Under the pieces are notes generated by a model that saw only the letters and a program-made list of their open reading frames with translations, did no database searches and was not told the origin of the DNA. A stretch of 64,000 nucleotides of DNA from Chlorokybus atmophyticus (Eukaryota; Plantae; Mesostigma and Chlorokybus algae), in NCBI GenBank assembly GCA_009103225.1, contig RHPI01000277.1, forward strand, positions 327,548 through 391,547, given 5' to 3'. How positions within the stretch are numbered: position 1 is the stretch's first letter; each line of letters opens with the position of its first letter. Made by a program: the position numbers and the translations under genes. Positions 39,473-51,970 of this stretch are shown one piece after another.

Positions 39473-41115
39473 TAATGGTCGTAGTCCATTCAGGCAGTGT
39501 ACAAAGTAAGCAGTGCAGTGTATGTAACCATGTGTGCGTGAGCCGACATCTTGACAGCTGTTGCAGTGCTTGAGCATAAGCGTGCGCAGAGGTCAGGTCT
39601 TCTTTGTTGACATTGCATTCGATGAGTATGTGCCTGAGAAGGTGGCGCTTTCGCTAGCTTTAGTGTCATGTTTGGCGCGAAGGATCAGAAGTTAGTCAGT
39701 CCTGGTCAACATACCATGTGTAGTAGGGGCGTTGGCAGCTTGTTGTTGTCATTGTGCAACATCATCACTGACCAGACATCAACAGCCCTACACAGCTGCC
39801 ATGGTGTGTACTGGGTAGGCAGCTACACGTGTGTCAATGTGCACAGCCGACAGTAGGCAGTAGGCAGCTGTGGCATAACCTTTAGAGCGCTTTTTCACAA
39901 AGTTATGTCAGCGCTATTGCATGCAATCACTACACGGTGCAAGCCAGCGCATATTGTGCGGTCGATGTAAGTCTAACGATAACCTAGGGTCTGGGATAAA
40001 ATAAGAAGATGGTAAGGTTAGGGCTGCGCTGCATCTTCAATACCTGGTACCTGTAGCTATATAATTCTTATTAGACCAAATACAAAGTTGTCTATTCTAT
40101 CGATGCAAAAGGCTAGAATATCCACCGTAAATGCACAGTGAGCCTACGACCGGATTTGAACCGGTTTGCAATGTATGACATCGGCTTCGCCTGGTGTGTG
40201 TGATACAGATGCGCTTCATGGCGCACTAATACCAAATGGCACGAGTGCACATGGTGCAGCAGATGATGGCACTGAAAATGGCCGTTGCAATGCGTGCACG
40301 ACTAATGCTGATGGGGTGTTGTAGCAGTGGTTGAAATGGTCGGGTATATAAGCAACATATGCACCGCAGCCAAAGGGTCGCTACCGCGTGTCTAGCACAA
40401 GCAACATTACACACACGCAGACACACACCTGTACGCAAACGAGCGTGGTGACCCTCCTCCTGCGATCCTCGCCCCATCGCCACTGCCGCGTCCGCCTCCA
40501 TAATCAGTGGGGGGCCAGCGGGCACTGGCGCCCGATCCGGCGTGGCTACCACCGCCGGGTAGTTGGTGGACACGAGTGTTGCCGAGCCTGGTGGTAGAGT
40601 TGTTGGTGCATGTTGATGTTGTTGTGTGATGCATGCAGTATGCTGTGTGCTATCCATGCATGTGTGCGCATTACCCTTCTCATTTGTGTACAGATTATCA
40701 CGTGTCCATGTGATTTTTAGAACAGAGACAGCGTATGTTCTGTTGAGCATGCATGCCCGCAACTAAAAGAATACTGGCAGGACAAGTTTTTGGCTCGCTT
40801 GCGGTGATAGGTTGATCTTGGCGTCAACATTGCACTGCACTTTGAATTGATCCTGGACACGAGCAATCCCGCAAATGCTGTTAACATCTAGCCCGAGTAT
40901 ACAAGCATGCGCCACATCCCAGTTGCCCAGATCCATGTAGTCCTTTGCTAGTTTAAAGCCCCCATCATCCAGGTGTCAAACCAACTGCCAACATTATATG
41001 GCAGATGGCAGATGATGCTGGTTGCTAAGCACAAACCGCCCTAGAGATATGCCCAAAATGGTTGACAAGCTTTCGACGCTCGCCATTTACCTTGCCTCAT
41101 GGAGCTACAAAGCTA

Positions 41116-42622
41116 CTACTTGAGGACAACCAGTCCAGGTTGCAGGATGCGCATCACCTCAACCGCAAAACTAAGCAACTCTTCATCGGAGCCTTTGGGG
41201 CCAATGAAGCTGAGGCCGACGGGGCAGCCATCCACCCTTGCGATTGGAAGCGTGACCTCTGGCAGGCCAGCAAGGCTAGCAATGCCAGTGAGCTGCAACT
41301 GTCGCGCACGGTAGTCGTTCATCTCCTCAGCACTTGCAGTCAACTTGGGTGCAGGGCCAGGGCTTGTGGGGATCGCAAGTACCGCATCGTTTCGCAGCAA
41401 TGACGCCATGTGTTCAGTCATCTCAATGCGCTTCTGCTTCGCTACTTTCGCAGCTTCGGCGGTGACACGTGAAGCCGCCTCGAAGCGCTCCTTTACATCA
41501 GGGCCGAACTCCGGCTCATGTTCGGTGATCCAATCTTTATGACAAAGCCAGACTTCACGCAACTGCAGCGTTCTGAAATCGGCTGTCCATGCAGCCAGAC
41601 TGTCAGGTGCGACACGTGTATCTATGGGTGGGCCAACCAACTCTATCAACTCTTGGAAGTGTGCAGAGAGGGCGTCGTAGATTGCTTTGGAAGTGGACTT
41701 GTCTGCCACCTCAAACGCATCAGCTGCAACAAGCCACCTGTGGAAGAACTTGCCAGGCTTTTGTGCAAAGGCGTCTCCTCCCAAAAGCACATTGCCGACA
41801 GCTTGGAGTATGGCTGGGTCTTTAGCAAACCAACCGACGGTGTCAAAGGACGGAGCCAACGGTCTGGTCCCATCCAACGTTATTCGATCGTGGGTAGGCC
41901 TGAAGCCCATGAGTCCACAAAAACTGGCAGGGCCCCTGACTGACCCTGCTGTGTCGGTTCCCAACGCAAAGTCCACCTCACCTGTACAGGCATCGCAACA
42001 TGTCAAAGTAAGCAAACAACACGAGAATATGCGACATGCAAACAGCCTGCGTAGCTGCACGTAGCCTGCCTACCGACCTACCTGCTGCCACGACACTAGC
42101 TGAGCCGCTGGACGAGCCTCCCGGAATTCGATCTGGGGCAGCAGGGTTGAGAGGTGTGCCGTAATGAAGATTTTGGCCGGTTAAGGCGAACGCCAACTCA
42201 TCCATGACCTGAGAAAAGGCAGCATCAGTCATCCGCTGGACATCAAGAGAGCTTGTAAACACCACCAACAACATGCCACGTACACAGACGCACATCACGC
42301 GCAAACACACACGACGCGCGTGCAGTAAGGCTTTGTGCCAAGTGACACTTGACGCTGCATGCAGTAGCCACTCCCAAGCTCATACCGTTTTGCCATTGAG
42401 GTTTGCCCCTGCATCTAGCAAAGCCTGCACGGTGGGTGCGGTAGTATGCGCTCGCGCGTGCGTCCTTTGCCAGGTGGGGTGACCAAACCCCGTGTCAAAG
42501 CCACTCACATCAAAGATATCTTTGACCGCGAATGTCAGCCCATGCAAAGGTCCCTGACTTTGCCCGTACACGACCACTGCAGAATTGATGATGGCTCCCA
42601 ACTGCTGTCCATCTGTGGCCAT
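41116..42622 (-). CDS. AMI1: Amidase-signature enzyme, AMI1/Toc64-amidase-like, no TPR domain, 3 exons
   Basis: MATDGQQLGA..LHGLTFAVKDIFDV..GFGHPTW..GKT|VMDELAF..PGGSSSGSA..|GEVDFALGTDTAGSVRGPASFCG; the Lys-Ser-Ser triad motifs are present; stop TAG 41116-41118. Confidence 0.9.
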
Positions 42623-42690
42623 GTCCGTGGCCAACACAACATGGAGAAGGGACACAACAGAGGCGCCACGACCGCGGGAATGGTACCGAT

Positions 42691-45600
42691 TCAACGACCT
42701 GCATGCCTGTGCGCAGTCAGTGCAATAACACGAGTTGTTAAGTTGTGAATGAGCAGCTTGAGATGCACGTTCATGACGTACCCTGGTTGGGTGTCTGCAT
42801 GAGATAGCTCGCGACGGTACAGAGCGGCATACAGCCGGTCTTTGGCAAGCAACTCTGCATGCGATCCTTGTTCCTGAATCTGTCCTCCGTCCATGTACAC
42901 GATCTTGTCGGCGGATACCACTGTCTCCAAGCGATGCGCTATCACAATCACCTGGGCGCCCATAGCCAGCAAAACGTCAACCAAAGGAAGCACGCCTTGA
43001 GGCAACTAAGTTTGGACAAGGCAATGGCTCCGTATGCACTCAGATGATGGCACGCATCAGCTGGTGCTGCACTTACCGTTCTTCCTGCTGTTGCTCTGGC
43101 TAATGCTGCTTGCACATCTGCCTCAGTTCGGTTGTCTAGCGCAGAAGTCGCTTCATCCAGCACAAGTATGGAAGGCTGCCGATAGATGGCCCTTGCGATG
43201 GCAATCCTGCAGCTCGCGGTTGGGTTTGGTACTCATCATGAAAGGCAGAAAATTAACAATAGGGCGGCAATGACAGACCTTTGACGCTGGCCACCGCTGA
43301 GGGTTGTGCCTTCTGCACCAAGAGTAGTTTCATAGCCATTCGTCAGTTTGGTGATGAAATCGTGTGCATTTGCCAAGCGTGCTGCTTGCTCTACAGCGGA
43401 CATGTCACACTCTGCCCCGTAAGCGATGTTCTCAGCGACCGTGCCTGAAAACAACACCTGTGCAACAGAGTCACTGCGAGTTGTGATGGGCGGATGCATG
43501 CACGGCGATGCATGCTAACCTTAGCCCACGCACCGTGTCTTGAGGGATGTAGCTGATGTTGCTGCGTATGCTCTGGAGAGTCAAGCGTTGCAAGTCGTGG
43601 CCGTCTAACTGAACAACACCTGACATAAAAGGCTCACTCAGCATCACATGGACAGCAACGAACTGGCACCAAACCACATACACGCGCACACACACGCACG
43701 CGCACGCACGACCATGTGCACAAGCACAGACACTCTGTGCGTGTGCACGTGCGCGGGCGGGCGGGCGCCCCCGCGCACGTGCGTGTGCGTGGGGGCGTGG
43801 GGGGGGGNCCGCTGCAGTCACCGGCATGTCCATAGCTGCAGCCATCGGTTGGGCAGAGGAGGAGGAGCCTAATTTGGTGATCGTCAACCTGACCCTTCAG
43901 AGGTTGAAATTAAGACGGCCGCACGACGGGCCCGGATCATGGACCGTTCTGCTGGTATCCTTGAAGAACAAGGAGCTGCAGCCGTTCAGGTGGGCACACC
44001 TCTACCTCTGTCAACACCTGGCTCTCGTGCGGGAGGCAGTGCTTTCACCCTCACACTGTCACCCTCGCACTGTGCGCACCAGCCATCACTGTAGGTGCTG
44101 CCATCTCTAACTCTCCACTCAAGGACCTATACGCTGCACTTCGTCGCACCTTCCCACCTCAGACCACCAGCAAAGTGCAGGAGCTGAAACGGTTCCGACG
44201 CAAGCCCAACGAGGACCCTCTACGCCTGTACTCCAGACTGAAAGGGCTGTTGAAGGACACTGACTACAAGATCGTCAGTGACGAGGCTGCAGCAGTGGTG
44301 TACGTCAATGAGTTGGATGCCACCCTGAGCGAGTCGACGCGCCTGACCCTAAACTATAGCAGGCCCCTTGGGGGGGCAAACCTGTACTGGGATCGTAGAA
44401 TCGCAAGAGAAGCTTTGCTACAGTGCTTTTGCCACCTCCTGATGGTCCCACCAGTGCCACCGTCATGCCTGGCTCAACTGTCAGCGAGATGCCCTGTAGT
44501 GCGGGCATGGTTGAACCTGTTGACATGTGCAAGAAAGCTGCGTTCAGCATCAACCCTGCGACTGACATGAAGTTCAACTTCATGTCAGTCGCTGAGTTGA
44601 TGCTCAGCAACTGGCTGGGAAAAAGGCATGACGAGTGCAATTGTTACCAGGATACCGGAAGGAGACGTTGTCAAACCGCACTTGCCCGTGTGCATGCGAC
44701 AATGGCACGGCATCAGGGCTGTCTGTAACCTGGTCAACAGCACATTGGCGCATGCACTATGGCGGCTGTTAACATGCACGTTTTGATGATGCGAGACACA
44801 TACCGCAGCTTGCTCCTGTAATAGGTCAGTAGTGCGGTCGACAGCGGCCTCACCCTGTCGCAAAATATTGTACGAATCCGTAACTGCCTGCGACAAACTG
44901 CACATCGGTTCACGAAGGAAATAACAATCTGCTCAGCCGATGGAAGCCGTGACCACAGAGTACATGTGTCCGTACTTGGATCGGCTCAATCAGGAGCACC
45001 AGTGATGTTATGAAGGCCACCATCTTGCCACCACTGAAGCTGCCACGCGCTATAGCCCACGCACCGATGGCGAATAGCGCCACCACCGTGATAGCGTAGA
45101 TGGCAGTTATCGCACCAGGTATGATAGCGCGGCTGCGTTCGGCAGCGAGGCGCGCCTCTTGCGACCTTTGTGTGAGCGATGCAAACTTCCGCAACTCGAA
45201 TGCCTCTGCATTGTGTGCCTTGGTGGCGGCTATGCCTGGCAGCACCTCATTGAGGTAGGCTGAGACATCTGCCACAGCAGCCTGGCCGTCCTTCGCCAGC
45301 AACTGCAATTGAGTGCCCATTTGCCGAATGACCACTGCCATGGAGGGTAGTATCTGCCAAAAAAAAACATCAGAAATTGTTTCGCTACAAACACACGCAC
45401 CAGCATGTGCGCGCGTGCGCACGCATGCATGTGCTGTCCCATGACAACAATATGGCTATGAACACACACATACACACACACACACGCACACACACACACA
45501 CAAAGTGGTTACCGCCAGTGTTGCAGCTGTCATCATGGGACTGAGAGTCACCATTCGTCCCAGCATTACAACCAACTGAATGGCGCTTGGCACGAACCTC

Positions 45601-46574
45601 TGCAATGCAATAAGCCGCAGACTTGGTGAGTGGACAAGCAGTATACATTCAATTTCATTAGCTTGTCTGCTGCTCACTCGCAAGAATGTATTCGTCATCT
45701 CCCCGCAATGCTCCGCCTCTGTTGTCAGCCGATAAGCCAGGTCGCCAGCACGACCACCACTCGACTCGAAGAAAGAAATGTCAAGAGACTGAACGTGTCC
45801 ATACACGGCCTGGCGAACTCGGTTGGTGACCTCTAGTGCCACCTGTTGCGCACAAACAAGTCAACATGGTGGCAAAGATACAACACACACAAGCAGTAGT
45901 GTTGTTGTCTGCCAGGAAACACATACTTCCCACAACCAGATGTCCTGGAAGTACAAGGCTGTCACTCGCGCGGCAACCAGAAGCAAAGTGATCCGTGACA
46001 GGTGGAGCAGTGATCCCAGGTTGCCAGCGGACAACAGTTCTGATAACTGACCAACGCGCGGTACTACTAAAAGGAGTGATATGACTGCGACTGCTGTGCA
46101 CGCCCACGCCCCCAGGATAGTTCCCACCTGCATTGAGTTCATCATTTGTTTTCTCAACCAACGCGCGCAAGCAGCTTCAACAATCCAAGAAAACACTGGC
46201 ACCTGAGGTTGTACAAAAGGCAGCAGCTTCCAGTAGCTGGATGTGGGTGATGGCTTCCGTGCATTGGTGGTGTCCACAGGTGACTCGGCTGCGGCCACGC
46301 CAGCAGCAGAGCAGTGCACCGGATTACTGCGCTTCCAGCAACAGCAGGTGTCAACACAATGGTGACAACTGGCTGAGAGACGGTTTGTGTATGCACGCTC
46401 TAAAAGCCTTTGGCATGCGTACCGTAGCTTGACGACACGTCTGATGTTGCCTGGAAACAGACAACGCTGCGGCAAATGCCTTCTTAAACTGTGCCCATTA
46501 CGCAAGCAGCAGTGCACACTGGAGGCGTGAGCAAGCTGGTTGTGTCGTCGACTGTGTGCATGGCAACTGTATCC
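42691..46574 (-). CDS. ABCB29: ABCB half transporter (TMD+NBD), ABCB29/MsbA-like, probably plastid; first exon unresolved
   Basis: TMD exons ([36 protein letters not shown]), [11 protein letters not shown], Walker [32 protein letters not shown]. The 3' end is ambiguous (see findings). Confidence 0.88.
43809..44371 (+). repeat. 563-bp copy of gag segment 49910-50472 inside an ABC-transporter intron
   Basis: Apparently identical sequence at offset 6101; begins right after a single N and is flanked on both sides by G-runs. Confidence 0.9.
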
Positions 46575-49399
46575 TACACACACGGAAGCTCAACTCAGTC
46601 AATGCATGTAATGACCAACAGCCCACTCACGGTTTCACTCCACACATGATCAAAGCAATCAACTGGCAAGAATCAACATCCAACCGCAGTGCAGAGAGGC
46701 TTAACTTTCAAGCAGCTGAAAGCACAGCATGAACCATGGCGCAATTGGCCATGCCTGGGGACCTGACCAGTTGGATTGGCCAGTTGTTTGCGCACCTCGT
46801 GCAATGTGCGCACTGGTGCAGAACGCTGCCGACGACGTCCCTAAGGACATCGACAGCAGCAACGCCGCCATCGCCGGCCCAGCAAGCTTCAGCTGCAGTA
46901 AGTAGCAGGCTGCATGATGCAGCTAATATCAGCCATGCGCAAGGTTTTGCGTACATTGCATTGCTTATGACTCGTAACTTGTTGCGTTGTGAGCTTCTGC
47001 ACGCTGCTCGCAGCACAGGGAGTGCTTGCCTGCAGTTGGCAGCGGCGGCGATGGCGGCAGATGTGCAGTTGCAGTTCCTCAAGTTGTCGCCATGCTCGTA
47101 GATGCGGTTGTTTACCTACACATGACTTTGTGCTCAATAGTAACATTGTGAGTTACCCGTGCACCCGGACGATGTTAATAATATTAATGTGTGTGGGTTG
47201 CTCAGGTTCTCAGCATGTACTGCATGCCGAGTTTGTCATCCTTTCATATATCATTAGCTCTCATCTTGTCAGCCCAACATCTTGCCGGTTGCATGCTTTG
47301 CGGTCGTTGTTGTATTGCAGCTGCTGTTAAAGTTGTGTAGTCGTGGTGGATGATGATGTACTTGTGAACAATAACGTTTATCTGAACGTAAGTATATGCT
47401 TGAGTGACGTTACGAGTTACGAGCCTGAATACGAATAATATATGAATTGTTGTGTGCATAGTTGTGGTGGTATGCATGCTTTGCATGTTGAGGCTGCTTG
47501 CAAGTTATAACATTAATGTAGCTCTAAGGTGGTAGTCCCAAACCCAATGCAAATGAAATTGGGTCGCCTGCGACGTTTGTGCTGATTTGATGTTTCAATG
47601 CGCAAGCAAAGCTACCAACACCTCCACCTGCTGCACTATTGGACTGCCGTTGTTGCAACAACCGCAAGAGGAAGGCATCCATAAGTGGATACATTTGCAA
47701 GCGACAGGGAGGTGGGTATGGCGCCATGTTTTTGGCAATGGCTAGCTCTGTCTTCTTGTAAATGTGCATGACGAGATGTGTTGGCGTTGCACCACCAACA
47801 CAACTATGATTGCCATCCTGACCAACCTTGCCCCCTACAACCTTCACCATACCCGCGCCGTAATGTACCCGAACTCGTGAACTCAATCAACCAACTTGTG
47901 TGTGCACAACGTTCAGCAGATTGATTAATTACCTAAATGAAGAACGCAGTGCATATGGCGGACTCCATGCCACCATGTGCACGCACTCATGCATACAGTG
48001 CAAGTCCTTTTGTAAACACCATGATTTGCACCGTCTCGCACGTTGGAGCAAGTCATCCACTTCTCTTGTATGCGCACAAGGAAGTCTGTTGCTCACCTAT
48101 ATGTTTCAGACGCAAATGACAGACTCCACCAGTGCACCAGCTAGTAGCAACTTCAAGTTAAAGTTGAAAATCACAGCTGAACAGGTCTGGCAAGGTTCGT
48201 CATTCTTGGATAACTTGCTATGTGCGGCTGCTAGCGTGAAATCAAACTTTTGTGCTTAACACAAGCATGCCCACGTGCAACAAGCTGAAGTAGAGACACG
48301 CGTGGTGAGAGACAACGCTAGCGATCAGTAACTTAAATAAATGTGCCAGTAAGATCGCATAAGCTTTGCAGCAACACCGAAACTGTTGACTCAACGCGAC
48401 AAAATTGTCATTGGTTAAGATTGGGCCACCAAGTGGCCATTGTTACACGGTTTGATGAGGTGTGGTATGAAGTTGTTTAATCTGTATGCTCGCCGCTAGC
48501 CTTGTGGCAGCTTTAATGGCGCACCCGCACCCGTACGAACTCGTGCACACATTGTCATGCCAACTACCCTCGCATGCCAGTCCTCCTCAAGCATACCTAC
48601 ATTCAGCCCCAAGCCCGGGCTACCAACATGAAGACCGCGCGCGCCCCAATCTACTATTGGCTACTTCATACTCCATGTAGCATGTAGCCAGAGCTACTCT
48701 ATAGACCTCTCTGTAGGAACTGCGCGTAGCTGATCAGTTAGGATTCTATTATTACAACTCATGTGCTATATCAAGTCTTAGGACATTTCTGTAGTAGCAT
48801 ACGGCCTTGACGTGACCGTTGGCCAAGTGCCCGCGTGGCACTGCACAGTTATGATTTGACATGTATAAGTAGGAAGTCATGTCCCTGGACTCGCTGGTGA
48901 CACTGTGAGTGAGTACGAAGAGTAGAGACTCTGACTTTAAGAGCTTGTGAAGCGAATTGAACTGGAAGCACACTATCTCGGTTGCCAAGGATTGCCTTAC
49001 CACGTGAAATACAGTGTATGCCCGTGTGCGCTGTGCTTGTTATTGCTGTGAGCTTGGCAGTGGTGTGTTTGCTGAATCAGTCAGAACATAGCATCTGAGT
49101 TGCTTATTCATTCGCCTCACTTAATAGTGTAATACATCATCCACTCATGCAAAGAACTGTTTATACAGCACTACCTATCGTAGTGGCTTGCTTACTCACA
49201 GTGTCACCCTCTTGCTCAAGTGAATGCGTCGCATTTTGCATCAGGTAGTGCAGTCTGTAGCTGGGGATACATCCCTGTGCATTCGTTATCACTGTTATCA
49301 CGTAGTGCACACACAAGCACTGATGTGGTGAGTGGTAGCAGCATCAAATCATACAATAGAGCACAAACACTCTACCCTGCATACACTTTCACATGTGGA

Positions 49400-51200
49400 C
49401 TAGCTGTATGAGCAGGCCCACCTCGTTCTCTCGAATAAACGAGGGTGACCTCAGCAGCTGGAGCCCAACCTCTAATCTCACCTACGAGCGGACCAGCTAC
49501 GGGAGCAACGATTGCAGTAGCAAAGGCTCGCGTTCTGTCTGCGGCTCCACTCCGTTCTAGTCTACTCCTCACCAGTGAGCCTCCCCACTATCGTCCGACA
49601 GTGACGACTATGAGATGGAGTCCTCCAGCTCAACCACATCTCTGCACTTCTCCGGACGTGCTGGCAATACCTCGCTGAACAAATTTACCATCAAGTTCCA
49701 TTCCAAGATGCGAAAGCAAGCTCTGAAGATCAAAGACTGGTCAGATGAGATGTCGTTTCACATTGCTGCTCAGTATCTGAATCATGAAACACACGATGTC
49801 CAAAAGTCTGTTGCTAAACTGCATCGAATCGATGGCTATGGCGAGCTCGTCAACACCATAGCATCTGCGTCACCGCATAGTCCAGCTACCGTCTTTCCAC
49901 CTGCCACTCCCGCTGCAGTCACCGGCATGTCCATAGCTGCAGCCATCGGTTGGGCAGAGGAGGAGGAGCCTAATTTGGTGATCGTCAACCTGACCCTTCA
50001 GAGGTTGAAATTAAGACGGCCGCACGACGGGCCCGGATCATGGACCGTTCTGCTGGTATCCTTGAAGAACAAGGAGCTGCAGCCGTTCAGGTGGGCACAC
50101 CTCTACCTCTGTCAACACCTGGCTCTCGTGCGGGAGGCAGTGCTTTCACCCTCACACTGTCACCCTCGCACTGTGCGCACCAGCCATCACTGTAGGTGCT
50201 GCCATCTCTAACTCTCCACTCAAGGACCTATACGCTGCACTTCGTCGCACCTTCCCACCTCAGACCACCAGCAAAGTGCAGGAGCTGAAACGGTTCCGAC
50301 GCAAGCCCAACGAGGACCCTCTACGCCTGTACTCCAGACTGAAAGGGCTGTTGAAGGACACTGACTACAAGATCGTCAGTGACGAGGCTGCAGCAGTGGT
50401 GTACGTCAATGAGTTGGATGCCACCCTGAGCGAGTCGACGCGCCTGACCCTAAACTATAGCAGGCCCCTTGGCTACACGCTCAAGGAAGCTTTTGAGACT
50501 GCACAAGCCATCCATAAGCCCTTCGTGAATGAGAAGGCAGTGCTGGACACCAACCGCAGTGCCTCACGGCCTGTAGCCAGCACAACTATTGCGCCACCTT
50601 GCCGCGAGCGCGGCCGGGACGCTCCATTAGCACGCGACAAAGGGAAACGGTCAGCTCATACTGCTTTGCCTGCCCCTGTGCTGTGTCGATGCTGTGGACG
50701 GCATGGGCACTACCAAAGGAGTGCACCGAAGAGTACTCAACTCTGGTCTGCGACTACTGTCATAAGACGGGCCACTTGAAGTCAATCTGCTGGCTCAAGT
50801 TCCCTGAGTGAGACCTGCCAACAACTACAACGGCAACAACTCTTGTGGCTACAACAGCAACAACACTGGAGGCCACAACGGTAACAGCTCTGGTGGCTAC
50901 AATAGCAACCACACTGGAGGCCATAAATACAACAACAACTACGCCAGCGCTCGCAAGGAAAAGCAAGGCTACAAAAGGAAGAATCGTCCTCCTCACTAGA
51001 AGAACGTCCGCGTGCTGCTGCTGTTGCCGCCAACTTGGAGAGAAGCCTTGAAGGCTTCAGCTAACCCGCCAGCTGATGACCATATTACTGCCCTCATGGC
51101 GCGTATGGCACGCTTGGAGGAAGATAAGGAGCAGGACTACCGCGCCTGCTGCAACGCAGTGCTATCGCTATGCGGTTCCCCGCCCTTATTTGGTTAGAGA
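49400..51200 (+). mobile_element. Decayed gag-only retroelement remnant
   Basis: Gag-like helical ORFs 49615-50211 and 50276-50779 with frameshifts; zinc knuckles CRCCGRHGH and CDYCHKTGHLKSIC; Asn/Gly-rich tract; no pol. Confidence 0.6.
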
Positions 51201-51214
51201 TAAGGGTCCCAACG

Positions 51215-51583
51215 TGTAATTAACAGCCAATTGAGCCGTATTAGGGCCTTTATGGCCTTAATGTAGTATCAATGTTAGCTTATCGCTAACACTGATATCC
51301 ATGTGAGACTCATGTCTCACGATATCAGCCGCATGGCGGCGCTTTATGGCCTTAATGTAGTATCAATGTTAGCTTATCGCTAACACAAATATCCATGTGA
51401 GACTCATGTCTCACGATATCAGCCGCATGGCGGCGCTGCCGAACGCAGCGGCCGCCATAGCCAGAGCATCTTTTGCTCTGGCAGCTGCCCCGACAGCGGC
51501 GGCGGTGGTGTGGGCCGGCGGCGTGGCTGGTGGTGGTGGTGGGGTAGGGGATTTAAGGGGGCGGTAGCACCCCCCTTCTTACA
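51215..51583 (+). repeat. Putative gypsy 5' LTR with an internal 94-bp tandem duplication (51248-51341, 51342-51435)
   Basis: TG..CA termini with 5-bp inverted ends, followed 2 nt later by an iMet-type PBS. The partner LTR is not in the window. Confidence 0.6.
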
Positions 51584-51611
51584 TTTGGTATCGGAGCGAG
51601 GGCGTGGGGGN

Positions 51612-51749
51612 CTCCGCTCCTGCGTCGCCGCTCTTCCGCCGCCGCCGCCGCCTTGTTGCCGCTCCAGCACCTCCGCCTGCTTAGCAAGTTAAGCGGTTAG
51701 GCTGTTATGCAACACAACGGCATTATACATACACACACAAACTCACCTA
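51612..51749 (+). repeat. 138-bp direct repeat also present at 57293-57430 (gypsy leader modules)
   Basis: CTCCGCTCCTGCGTCGCC...CAAACTCACCTA appears identical at both sites; the left copy starts right after a single N. Confidence 0.85.
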
Positions 51750-51970
51750 GGGGGGGGGCGGCGGCGGCAGCTAGCAGCCGCCACCCACTAGGGTGGGTAG
51801 TGGTGGTTGTTAGCTACTTATTGTAGTTGTATAGTTGCTGCTGTTAGTGTAGCCTAGCCTAGCCTTGCCTTGTCTTGCTTGCGTCGCAAAATGTTTCCCC
51901 TGCAAGCCGACTAAATATTGGCACCGGCCGTGCACCTGAGGATACTCATTTGGACTGTCGTGGCTCAGTC

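Noticed and set aside
40141-40165. tRNA gene on the minus strand (ACCGGTTCAAATCCGGTCGTAGGCT)
   Set aside because: Only a T-arm and a possible acceptor 3' strand; no matching 5' acceptor strand, D-arm or anticodon arm.
40770-40980. ~70-codon open frame on the minus strand (LDDGGFKLAKDYMDLG...) downstream of the amidase
   Set aside because: No family recognised and no supportable splice context.
46708-48260. ORFs 46708-47082, 46736-47101, 47524-47886 and 47900-48259 as genes
   Set aside because: No recognisable motifs or consistent exon chain; one may hold the missing ABC first exon but I could not phase it.
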